Positions 8,825 through 19,418 of a DNA stretch of 64,000 nucleotides are shown here, one piece after another; the first letter of the stretch is position 1; every line of letters begins with the position of its first letter. The position numbers and the translations under genes are program-made. The stretch is from Macrostomum lignano (lineage: Eukaryota), in NCBI GenBank assembly GCA_002269645.1, contig NIVC01000126.1, positions 806,001-870,000 on the forward strand, read 5' to 3'. The notes below the pieces were generated by a model. That model ran no database searches, was not told the DNA's origin, and saw only the letters and a program-made list of their open reading frames with translations.

Positions 8825-11800
8825 CTATGCGAATGCGCACCCGAGGTGGCAGTGAAAATCCAACTACTCCGCTTAATCCATTCGTTCTGCGATCACGCTA
8901 ATTGGTCGCATCGCCGCCTGTTGCTATGCCAATCTGAGCTAGCCGAATTGCGCTGCATCAATGCCAGCTTACCTGCGCCAGACAGAGTGGACGGCTTGAC
9001 TAGCGTCGACAGGTCGCTAATGTGTCGGAAAGAGCCCGGCCTACTAGTTCGCATGGTCGAAGTGTTGCAACACGAACCGTCTACTAGCACGTTTCGATTC
9101 TGGCTGGCCAGAGCTGTTGAATCGTATCTGCGCTGTCAGGGTGCCTACTGCGATCAGGTGAGGCATAAACATTGGCTAACACTGTTATTTTCAGGTAGAT
9201 GGAGGTAATAGCTCCAGTTCACAATCACTGAATAAAAAGTTTTAACGCTTTAGCGCACATTAGATTTTTAACGCCGTACATTAGAATTTAGCGCCCTACA
9301 TTGGATTTTAGCGCCGTACGTTAGATTTTAGCGCTGCAGACTAAAATTAGGCCCTATAGGCTAGATTTTTAGCGCCACAGACTAGATTTAAGCGCCACAG
9401 ACTAGATTTTAGCGCCAATTAAACGCTGCAAATTAGATTTAGCGGCACAGGCTAGGTTTAGCGCCATATGCTATATTTAGCGCCACAGGCTATATTTAGC
9501 GCCATATGCTAGATTTAGCGCCACAGGCTAGATTTTAGCGCCACAGGCTAGATTTTAGCGCCGCAGGCTAGATTTTAGCGCCGCAGGCTAGATTTTAGCG
9601 CCGCAGGCTAGATTTTAGCGCCGCAGGCTAGATTTTAGCGCCGCAGGCTAGATTTTAGCGCCGCAGGCTAGATTTTAGCGCCGCAGGCTAGATTTTAGCG
9701 CCGCAGGCTAGATTTTAGCGCCGCAGGCTAGATTTTAGCGCCACAGGCTAGATTTAGCGCCACAGGCTAGATTTAGCGCCACAGGCTAGATTTTAGCGCC
9801 ACAGGCTAGATTTTGTGTTATAGGCTGGAAGTGGCTATTAAGTATCCCCCAGCTGCCTTGGTGTAAAAATGTGCTTAACAGCCTACTGAAAAAATCACCG
9901 TGAGTAGCACCGACCGTCTTTTACTAAATAAAAACCTCTATCGCCTCTATCAGGTTCTGCTAATCCGCCGCGGCCTGCTCAGCCACGTGGCCTCCACCCT
10001 AATCGAAGTTGACTCGCCATCCCGCGAAGTTGTCCAATCCGGCTTTGATCTGCTGGCCGAACTGTTGAAATTCAACGAGCAAGCTGTGCGCGAATTGGAC
10101 GGCCAACTGGGCGAGGCCGGTTCGAATAGGCTGTGCCAATTAGCCAGCGCTAACCTGGTTGATTCCAATATGTTTCTAAGGAGCGCTATGCTTAGCATTG
10201 ATCATTTTGCTAGGATAACGCCTGCCACAGCCATTTGGTGCAATCGGGAGTCCTGCCTGCTGGCTAGATGGGCTAACGACGATGCTAAGGTTTCTATTAT
10301 ACACGCTTGCTTAACAAAAATTATTTATCATAGTGTAATTTGTAATTAAATAGTGCCGTCATTTTTAACTGCAGTGCTTATTGTATTTACAATATGTAGT
10401 TTTAATCTGAAAGTGCTGATTGAAATCCGAGACTGTCAGGTACAATTAGAGAGGATCGATAACAGTTAGAGAGTGCCAATTGCAATTAGAGAGTGCCGAT
10501 TGCAATTAGAGAGGATCGATTGCAATTAGAGAGAGTGAAGATTGCAATTAGAGAGTGCCGATTGCAATTAGAGAGTGCCGATTGCAATTAGAGAGTGCCA
10601 ATTGCAATTAGAGAGTGCCGATTGCAATTAGAGAGTGCCGATTGCAATTAGAGAGTGTCGATTGCAATTAGAGAGTGCCGATTGCAATTAGAGAGTGTCG
10701 ATTGCAATTAGAGAGTGCCAATTGCAATTAGAGAGGGTCGATTGCAATTAGAGAGTGCCAATTGCAATTAGAGAGGGTCGATTGCAATTAGAGGGTGTCG
10801 ATTGCAATTAGAGAGTGCCAATTGCAATTAGAGAGTGCCAATTGCAATTAGAGAGTGCCCATTGCAACTTGAAAGTGCCGATTGCAATTAGAGAGTGCCA
10901 ATTGCAATTAGAGAGTGCCAATTGCAATTAGAGAGTGCCGATTGCAATTAGAGAGTGCCGATTGCAATTAGAGAGTGCCGATTGCAATTAGAGAGTGCCA
11001 ATTGCAATTAGAGAGTGCCGATTGCAATTAGAGAGTGCCAATTGCAATTAGAGAGTGCCGATTGCAATTAGAGAGTGCCGATTGCAATTAGAGAGTATCG
11101 ATTGCAATTAAAGAGTGCCAATTGCAATTAGAGAGGGTCGATTGCAATTAGAGAGTGCCAATTGCAATTAGAGAGTGCCGATTGCAATTAGAGAGTGCCA
11201 ATTGCAATTAGAGAGGGTCGATTGCAATTAGAGGGTGTCGATTGCAATTAGAGAGTGCCAATTGCAATTAGAGAGTGCCAATTGCAATTAGAGAGTGCCC
11301 ATTGCAACTTGAAAGTGCCAATTGCAATCCGAGAGTGTCAATTGCAATTGGAGAGTGCCGATTGCAATTAGAGAGTGCCGATTGCAATTAGAGAGTGCCG
11401 ATTGCAATTAGAGAGTGCCGATTGCAATTAGAGAGTGTCGATTGCAATTAGAGAGTGCCAATTGCAATTAGAGAGGGTCGATTGCAATTAGAGAGTGCCG
11501 ATTGCAATTAGAGAGTGTCGATTGCAATTAGAGAGTGCCAATTGCAATTAGAGAGGGTCGATTGCAATTAGAGAGTGCCAATTGCAATTAGAGAGTGCCA
11601 ATTGCAATTAGAGGGTGTCGATTGCAATTAGAGAGTGCCAATTGCAATTAGAGAGTGCCAATTGCAATTAGAGAGTGCCCATTGCAACTTGAAAGTGCCA
11701 ATTGCAATCCGAGAGTGTCAATTGCAATTAGAGAGTGACGATCGCAATTAGAGTGTGTTGATTGCAATTAGAGAGTGTCAAAAATTGCAATCTGAGAGAG

Positions 11801-12911
11801 CCAATTACCTCATTCATGTTACGATTATTGAATTCAGTTTATTCAACCAAAACTGTTTTTCTTCAGGCTACCGTCTCTTACCGGATGCTACGCCTGCTCT
11901 GCTTGAGCAGTCTGACCCAGGAGAATGTGAGCTGCTTGAACACCGGCCTGGTTGTGCTGGTCTACGCCCACCGAGCCAGCAAGCTGCCCGCTTACCTGGC
12001 GGCTATCAAGCGAATGGATACTCTGGTGAGCTGGCTTGCTCAAATACTCCTTATTGTGCCATCCTCAGTTGATCCCCAGATCAGATCCCCAGTTGCTGGG
12101 CCAGCCTCCCAGAGTGTCAGTTGCTGGGCCAGCCTCCCAGAGTGTCAGTTGCTGGGCCAGCCTCCCAAAATGTCAGTTGCTGGGCCAGCCTCCCAAAATG
12201 TCAGTTGCTGGGCCAGCCTCCCAAAATGTCAGTTGCTGGGCCAGCCTCCCAAAATGTCAGTTGCTGGGCCAGCCTCCCAGATCATCAGTTGCTGGGCCAG
12301 CCTCCCAGATCCTCAGTTGCTGGGCCAGCCTCCCAGATTCTCAATTGCTGGGCCAGCCTCCTAGATCATCAGTTGCTGGTCCAGCCTCCCAGATCCTCAA
12401 TTGCTGGGCCAGCCTCCCAGACCATCAGTTGCTGGGCCAGCCTCCCAGATCATCAGTTGCTGGGCCAGCCTCCCAGATCCTCAGTTGCTGGGCCAGCCTC
12501 CCAAAATGTCAGTTTCTGGGCCAGCCTCCCAAAATGTCAGTTTCTGGGCCAGCCTCCCAGTTCCTGAGTTTTTTAGTCACTACCTTAGATTCTAAGTTAA
12601 CAGTCTTATGGGTATTCCTAAGCCGTCATAATTATCCGAAGTGTTCTAATAATATCCCAAAGGACGAGCGTCAGCTGGTATTTCCGCACCTGTCTCGCGG
12701 CGACTGTTCCAGTCTTAAGCCAATCATGGCTAATCTACTCGACCTGCTGGCATTCTGGTCTGACCACTATCTGAACAAAGAGCGCGACTCAAACGCGTTG
12801 GAGAAGAGCTCGCGTATTGTATTCGACGAGTGGAAGGTGATTGTGGCCACACTGAGTAGTCGAGATGCCACTCAGGACACTAGCGTGGCCTATTATTTGT
12901 CAAACCGGTGA
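8825..12911 (+). CDS. TRPC4AP: TRPC4-associated protein (TRUSS), 3' exons: 8825-9157, 9954-10289, 11867-12025, ~12600-12911; 5' exons lie left of the window
   Basis: KIQLLRLIHSFCDH, FRFWLARAVESYLR, FDLLAELLKFN, LVDSNMFLR, LTQENVSCLNT and FWSDHYLNKERDS match recalled TRPC4AP motifs. GT/AG boundaries are in phase; the last acceptor is uncertain. Confidence 0.92.
9255..9815. repeat. 20-bp intronic minisatellite (gattttagcgccgcaggcta)
   Basis: Tandem copies, homogeneous in the centre and degenerate at the 5' edge. Confidence 0.95.
10465..11790. repeat. 20-bp intronic minisatellite (attgcaattagagagtgccg)
   Basis: About 65 copies; the unit contains the palindrome ATTGCAAT. Confidence 0.97.
12085..12562. 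repeat. 28-bp intronic minisatellite (tcagttgctgggccagcctcccaaaatg)
   Basis: About 17 copies; the unit contains a GCTGG-G-CCAGC inverted repeat. Confidence 0.95.
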
Positions 12912-13703
12912 ACTGCTTTGAATTGTGTGGGTCTTCCTGACAGGCTAATCGGCTAACCTGACAATGACAATCTGGTCTTTGTTCGTCATGTTTTTACAAG
13001 CATCAATATCTTCTCTGTGTTGTCGGCCTGTATCAATCGCCTGTCGAATTTTTGCCCAATTTTCAAACTTTAATCTTCAATAATTGAAAACGCAATAAGA
13101 AGACTTTCTTCTTTCTACTGTCTTGTATTTATTTGATAAAAGTTTCTACTAAACATCTCAGAGCAGTTGAATCAAATTCTTTCTCTGGATTCAGTAAAGT
13201 TGCATTTGTTCTTCGGTTAGTTTCGTTTCGCTAAATAAATATTGAAATATGCGTTTATTAAATTTGTTTTTAACAAATTAGCAATATCTACTAATAATTT
13301 AATTGGCCTTTGCTAATGCATTTAATAAGCGTCTAGTTATATAAAAAAGCTTTTGTTTCTGTCTTAAAACTATCTCTAGCAGTATCTAGCACATTTTTAG
13401 CGCTATGTATACATATTCCAGGTGCTGTGTTAAAAACTTATATTCCACTCATTTTTTATGCTGTGCGTTTTTATGCGCTATTCCTTTATTAAATTCATTC
13501 AGTTGCAGATTTTGACTCTGCGTTTGAACTTCAATAGTGTAATAATCAGTCATTTTTGCCTTCAACATTTATCAACTAATCTCTGCTGTTGTTTTAGTTC
13601 ACTGCTTTACTGTGCATGTTTGTATTATGGCTATTGTTGCTATTGACAGCGAAGCTGATTACTTACCTGATCGAGTGGAGAATTTTCCTATTCGCTTTTC
13701 CGA

Positions 13704-16072
13704 TGTCTCTGTCTCTGTGTCTGTCTCTGCGTCTGTCTCTGTGTCTGTGTCTGTGTCTGTCTCTGTGTCTGTGTCTGTCTCTGTGTCTGTCTCTGTCTCT
13801 GTCTCTGTGTCTGTCTCTGTCTCTGTGTCTGTCTCTGTCTCTGTGTCTGTGTCTGTCTTTGTCTCTGTGTCTGTCTCTGTGTCTGTGTCTGTCTTTGTCT
13901 CTGTGTCTGTCTCTGTGTCTGCGTCTGTGTCTTGTCTGTCTCTGTGTCTGTCTCTGTGTCTGTGTCTGTCTCTGTGTCTGTCTCTGTCTTTGTCTCTGTC
14001 TGTCTCTGTGTCTGTCTCTGTCTCTGTGTCTGTGTCTGTCTCTGTCTTTGTCTCTGTCTGTCTCTGTGTCTGTCTCTGTCTCTGTGTCTGTGTCTGTCTT
14101 TGTCTCTGTGTCTGTCTCTGTGTCTGTCTCTGTCTCTGTGTCTGTGTCTGTCTTTGTCTCTGTGTCTGTCTCTGTGTCTGTGTCTGTCTCTGTCTCTGTC
14201 TTTGTCTCTGTGTCTGTCTCTGTCTCTGTGTCTGTGTCTGTCTTTGTCTCTGTGTCTGTCTCTGTGTCTGTGTCTGTCTCTGTGTCTGTCTCTGTCTCTG
14301 TGTCTGTGTCTGTCTCTGTGTCTGTGTCTGTCTCTGTGTCTGTGTCTGTCTCTGTCTCTGTCTTTGTCTCTGTGTCTGTGTCTGTCTCTGTCTTTGTCTC
14401 TGTGTCTGTCTCTGTGTCTGTGTCTTGTCTGTCTCTGTGTCTGTCTCTGTGTCTGTCTCTGTCTCTGTGTCTGTGTCTGTCTTTGTCTCTGTGTCTGTCT
14501 CTGTGTCTGTGTCTGTCTTTGTCTCTGTGTCTGTCTCTGTGTCTGCGTCTGTGTCTTGTCTGTCTCTGTGTCTGTCTCTGTGTCTGTCTCTGTCTCTGTG
14601 TCTGTCTCTGTCTTTGTCTCTGTCTGTCTCTGTCTCTGTGTCTGTCTCTGTCTTTGTCTCTGTCTGTCTCTGTGTCTGTCTCTGTCTCTGTGTCTGTGTC
14701 TGTCTCTGTCTTTGTCTCTGTCTGTCTCTGTGTCTGTCTCTGTCTCTGTGTCTGTGTCTGTCTTTGTCTCTGTGTCTGTCTCTGTGTCTGTCTCTGTCTC
14801 TGTCTTTGTCTCTGTGTCTGTCTCTGTGTCTGTGTCTGTCTCTGTCTTTGTCTCTGTGTCTGTGTCTGTCTCTGTGTCTGTCTCTGTGTCTGCGTCTGTG
14901 TCTTGTCTGTCTCTGTGTCTGTCTCTGTGTCTGTGTCTGTCTCTGTGTCTGTCTCTGTCTTTGTCTCTGTCTGTCTCTGTGTCTGTCTCTGTCTCTGTGT
15001 CTGTGTCTGTCTCTGTCTTTGTCTCTGTCTGTCTCTGTGTCTGTCTCTGTCTCTGTGTCTGTGTCTGTCTTTGTCTCTGTGTCTGTCTCTGTGTCTGTCT
15101 CTGTCTCTGTGTCTGTGTCTGTCTTTGTCTCTGTGTCTGTCTCTGTGTCTGTGTCTGTCTCTGTCTCTGTCTTTGTCTCTGTGTCTGTCTCTGTCTCTGT
15201 GTCTGTGTCTGTCTTTGTCTCTGTGTCTGTCTCTGTGTCTGTGTCTGTCTCTGTGTCTGTCTCTGTCTCTGTGTCTGTGTCTGTCTCTGTGTCTGTGTCT
15301 GTCTCTGTGTCTGTGTCTGTCTCTGTCTCTGTCTTTGTCTCTGTGTCTGTGTCTGTCTCTGTCTTTGTCTCTGTGTCTGTCTCTGTGTCTGTGTCTTGTC
15401 TGTCTCTGTGTCTGTCTCTGTGTCTGTCTCTGTCTCTGTGTCTGTGTCTGTCTTTGTCTCTGTGTCTGTCTCTGTGTCTGTGTCTGTCTTTGTCTCTGTG
15501 TCTGTCTCTGTGTCTGCGTCTGTGTCTTGTCTGTCTCTGTGTCTGTCTCTGTGTCTGTCTCTGTCTCTGTGTCTGTCTCTGTCTTTGTCTCTGTCTGTCT
15601 CTGTCTCTGTGTCTGTCTCTGTCTTTGTCTCTGTGTGTGTCTCTGTGTCTGTCTCTGTCTCTGTGTCTGTGTCTGTCTCTGTCTTTGTCTCTGTCTGTCT
15701 CTGTGTCTGTCTCTGTCTCTGTGTCTGTGTCTGTCTTTGTCTCTGTGTGTGTCTCTGTGTCTGTCTCTGTCTCTGTCTTTGTCTCTGTGTCTGTCTCTGT
15801 GTCTGTGTCTGTCTCTGTCTTTGTCTCTGTGTCTGTGTCTGTCTCTGTGTCTGTCTCTGTGTCTGCGTCTGTGTCTTGTCTGTCTCTGTGTCTGTGTCTG
15901 TGTCTGTCTCTGTCTCTGTGTCTGTGTCTGTCTTTGTCTCTGTCTGTCTCTGTGTCTGTCTCTGTCTCTGTGTCTGTGTCTGTCTCTGTCTCTGTGTCTG
16001 TGTCTGTCTTTGTCTCTGTGTCTGTCTCTGTGTCTGTCTCTGTCTCTGTCTCTGTCTCTGTGTCTGTCTCTG
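13704..16072. repeat. Compound hexamer microsatellite (tctgtg/tctgtc/tttgtc), intergenic
   Basis: 2.4 kb of T/C/G sequence essentially lacking A. It generates spurious long ORFs in several frames. Confidence 0.98.
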
Positions 16073-16409
16073 TGCTTCAAAGAGTTCCATGCAGTAAATC
16101 ATCCGCTTGGCTGGCAAAATCTATATATTATTTAGTATGTCATTGCAGTTGCATTTGATTGTTTTACAAATAAACTTTTCTGCTCGTTCCTATTTATATC
16201 CATCCTAATGTTCTAAAGTTTATTTGCACGCAGTTGCTTTTGTTTAAACAAAATAGTTGAATAATAAATATTTGCAATAATACTTTTGTTTTCATATACA
16301 TTGTCAACAACTTCTGGGTTAATTCTTTTTAAAAACTTTTTTACATTTTAGACTAGTGTGAGATAAAAATTGTACTGTTTTACCCTATTAGGTATTTTAG
16401 GTTTTTATA

Positions 16410-16690
16410 GGGTTTGGCCTAGTGGTTAGAGCGTCGGACTCACGATTGAAAGGTCGGGGGTTCGATTCACCCACTCGGAACAACTTGCTTGAGCAAGACA
16501 CTTCAACCCTGCATTGCTTCAATGCATTACTGTAAAATGGGTGCCAGCATTACCTGGGGTACTCGTAATTAAAGTTGAGGGTGTGTGTGGCGACCCCCCA
16601 GTCTTTGGACTGAACAGCCGTACGCAGCCTTCAGATGCGCCGCGCAATGGCTGCGGCTGAGCTGTCGGTTGCACATCACATTATTATTAT
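16410..16690 (+). mobile_element. tRNA-derived SINE with CORE-like body and (TTA)n tail
   Basis: Box A TGGCCTAGTGG and box B GGTTCGATTC, then cttgagcaagacacttcaac...ctgtaaaatggg resembling the MIR/CORE domain, and a ttattattat tail. A second copy lies at 45214-45321. Confidence 0.75.
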
Positions 16691-16901
16691 AATGGATATT
16701 TTAATTATAAACTCGTACCTTGGTTTTATTTATCTCTCTGTATTTCTACGAGTATTTGCAATGACGCACTACTGGTTTAGTTGTGACTTGTGGCTTAGTA
16801 GTATTTTAGTTGTTGATTTTTTACAACTTCTAATTGCTTTGAAATTAATTTTGATAGTTCCTCACTATGTTTGTTTCTGTCTGTTGGATAAGCAAGCTGC
16901 G

Positions 16902-18971
16902 ATGCAAGCTGCAGCCGAATGCTCTGAAAAAGCAGTAAATCATCAAAACATAACGAATGATATTTATAATAATTATGAGGATAATGACGATAATGACGAT
17001 GAAGAGATTTTGCCGGCCAATTCCCCCCTGGGACGGTACGCAGCAGAGGTGGGATTAAGCGACGCTGTCAGTGTCGCTGCGACTCCGGTAACTGAGCCTA
17101 TGGATGAAATTGAGCATCAGCTGAGATCCAATGATCCATATGAAACAGCAATTTTTCATAATTCCATTGGCATAGCTGAACGATTTGCTCGATTAGTCGT
17201 TTCTCGAACTGTATCAGCTAATGTTAATAAGCTCCGCCTTCTACTTGATGATGACGATATGCGTTTGTTACTATTGGCATTGTCTGAAGACAGTTGGCAT
17301 TGGAAATCCCCGGTGCCAGTTAGAACATTGCTCCTAGCAGCTCTACCTGTATTGGTAGTGATATTTGCAGTCTATTTAGTGTTCGACATGCTTATTGTAC
17401 TGTTAGCTACAATTGCAGTTGTTTCTACAACCGTGATATCTTGCTTGGTATTGTTGCAACTTCTCGCTCGCTGGTTGGCCTCCGTGCTGAATGGCGCCGA
17501 ACGTTGCCTTGCAAGCCAACGCGCCTGTCTTCGCTTGGCTCGGGAGCGTCTTCAGGTAGAGCGCGGCTTCACTCTTGTACGCGGCGCCGCGAACAAAGAC
17601 CTGAGCGACGCTTCTAATGCGTCTTTGTTGCGTCGCTCGGCTCCGGCTTTGAATCGGGCCGCTTTTGAATCTGGTCGCCGGCTGACTCATTCGATTCGTA
17701 GATTAGCTCGCGATGTTGAACTAGGCGGCTTAGCGTATCTTACTGACGATTCAGAGTTTGGAGAAGCGTTTAATGCTAATCTGGCATTGGCGGAATTGAT
17801 TAAAGCAACCGATGGGTTTGCGCCAACTGCTCTGGCTTCCATGGCCGCTCTGTTGCAGATGCATCTCTCGGATGTTGTGCTCAGATTTTTACTTGCTTTT
17901 GGTGGCTGTTCCCATAGCAACCACAGTGTTCGTATTAGTCTATTTGAACTCTTCCGCAATTTTTCTAGCTTTGAGAATGAACTTTGGTCCGAAGTTGACA
18001 AGTTAGAGATCCGATTGGAGCGGCATAGAAAACGCGATGCAGCTGATGTTGACGCTCTGTTAGAAGAGTTTCTAGGTGGCAACAGTAGCGAGGTGCTTGT
18101 CAAGTCATCTTTACCTGATAGCAAAAATTCAACACCGTTGCAAGCGGCCGCTCGAAGTCTGCGTCTACAAGCGGAAGCCCTGCTAGTTAAGGCGGCTCTT
18201 GCCGAACGTAACGCTTTAACTTCGACAAACATTGCTATGATTGAGATTGCCGATATAGCTATGGAAGCGCGTGTCTATGCTGTTAATGCCGCTGCCTGCT
18301 GTGACGAAATCGCCACTGCAGTTAAGCCGCCAGCCGCGCAGTCGCCTCCGACAACTTCAGCGTCGTTGGTTACGGCGGAGCCTGACCGTCCAGTAGTGCT
18401 GGTGTCGCAAGATACCGCTCCGGCCGTAGAGGACGAATTTCTTGAAGGTCTTGTACCCGATGTTGACGGCGATGCTGACGGCGAAGCTGATAATGGCGAC
18501 GTGTGTATCGGCGATGTAGACGAAGCAGCTCGACGTGCCGCCACTAGACGTGTGCTAGGCGAATTAGATTCGGTAATTCTCCAACGCCGGAGACTGTTTC
18601 GTCAGCGGGAACAAGCGGCCAGAGCAAGACGCGGCTTGCCGCTCGTTGAAGGTGACGGCGACGGCAATGATATTGGCAGAGACGACTGTTGCGGCGAGAC
18701 TGTAAATCGCCGCGACGATGCCGATTCGCAACCGCGCCGTCGCCGACGAATCGTGTGGCACGGTACGCTTGAAGGTGACGGCGACGCTAGGGATGGGGAA
18801 ACGGTTTTTCGGCCATCGTCTTTGCTGGCCTCGATCGGTGCTTCGCCGTCGACGTTTGCCGCTACGGCTATGGCGGCGCGTCAACTGCGCGGCATTCGGC
18901 TGAATGAGGAGGCGTTCGGTGACGACGACTCGGACGAAGGCGCTGATGATTTGAATGCGTCTACTAAATAA
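16902..18971 (+). CDS. VEZT: Vezatin, intronless (probable start ATG at 16902; the ORF-track extension to 16635 is probably spurious)
   Basis: ILPANSPLGRY, two adjacent hydrophobic TM segments, LRLARERLQVERGFTLV and TDGFAPTAL match recalled vezatin motifs. Confidence 0.85.
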   Translation: MQAAAECSEKAVNHQNITNDIYNNYEDNDDNDDEEILPANSPLGRYAAEVGLSDAVSVAATPVTEPMDEIEHQLRSNDPYETAIFHNSIGIAERFARLVVSRTVSANVNKLRLLLDDDDMRLLLLALSEDSWHWKSPVPVRTLLLAALPVLVVIFAVYLVFDMLIVLLATIAVVSTTVISCLVLLQLLARWLASVLNGAERCLASQRACLRLARERLQVERGFTLVRGAANKDLSDASNASLLRRSAPALNRAAFESGRRLTHSIRRLARDVELGGLAYLTDDSEFGEAFNANLALAELIKATDGFAPTALASMAALLQMHLSDVVLRFLLAFGGCSHSNHSVRISLFELFRNFSSFENELWSEVDKLEIRLERHRKRDAADVDALLEEFLGGNSSEVLVKSSLPDSKNSTPLQAAARSLRLQAEALLVKAALAERNALTSTNIAMIEIADIAMEARVYAVNAAACCDEIATAVKPPAAQSPPTTSASLVTAEPDRPVVLVSQDTAPAVEDEFLEGLVPDVDGDADGEADNGDVCIGDVDEAARRAATRRVLGELDSVILQRRRLFRQREQAARARRGLPLVEGDGDGNDIGRDDCCGETVNRRDDADSQPRRRRRIVWHGTLEGDGDARDGETVFRPSSLLASIGASPSTFAATAMAARQLRGIRLNEEAFGDDDSDEGADDLNASTK

Positions 18972-19418
18972 TTAATTACATGTGTGGGGTCTGACTCCAA
19001 GTCTATAAGACAACTATGTGTGCGCGTGAGCCTTGCAGACTAGATCAATCGTACTTGCTAGTGGCTAGGGGTTGCGGGTTGCAGACAGACAGAACTTGGT
19101 GTGCGTCGAGTTGCGAGTTCTGAATAGACAGACACAACAGGCATTTACTGCGATGTGTAATATAAATAAATTAGATTAGTATTTTAAGATTACTGTCTGC
19201 TTATCATTCAGCCATAAGAATTTTTGTGTTTTAAGTTATTTCAACTCGTTAATATGTAATTTTCCAGGCACTTAATTAATTATTTATATTTTTATTACTT
19301 TTAACTTATACTCAATCCATTCCTCCTTTTCTGCTTCATCCTTGAGACTTTGACAACTGATTTAAGAAAACTATACTGTCTTGAATTAGAAAAAAAGAAG
19401 CAAAGGTACTGCATCATC

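Noticed and set aside
13612-16158. Five ORFs of 720-850 aa (SV/CL/RD/TE-rich)
   Set aside because: Translations of a stop-free microsatellite, open in nearly all frames.
16410-16490. tRNA gene (also 45250-45321)
   Set aside because: The anticodon arms differ between copies (CAC versus CCC) and pair poorly, and there is no acceptor-stem closure or T-run terminator. Both continue into a shared SINE body.
16635-16901. 89-aa N-terminal extension of VEZT in the ORF track
   Set aside because: It starts inside the SINE and runs through T-rich outron-like sequence; homology begins after the ATG at 16902.
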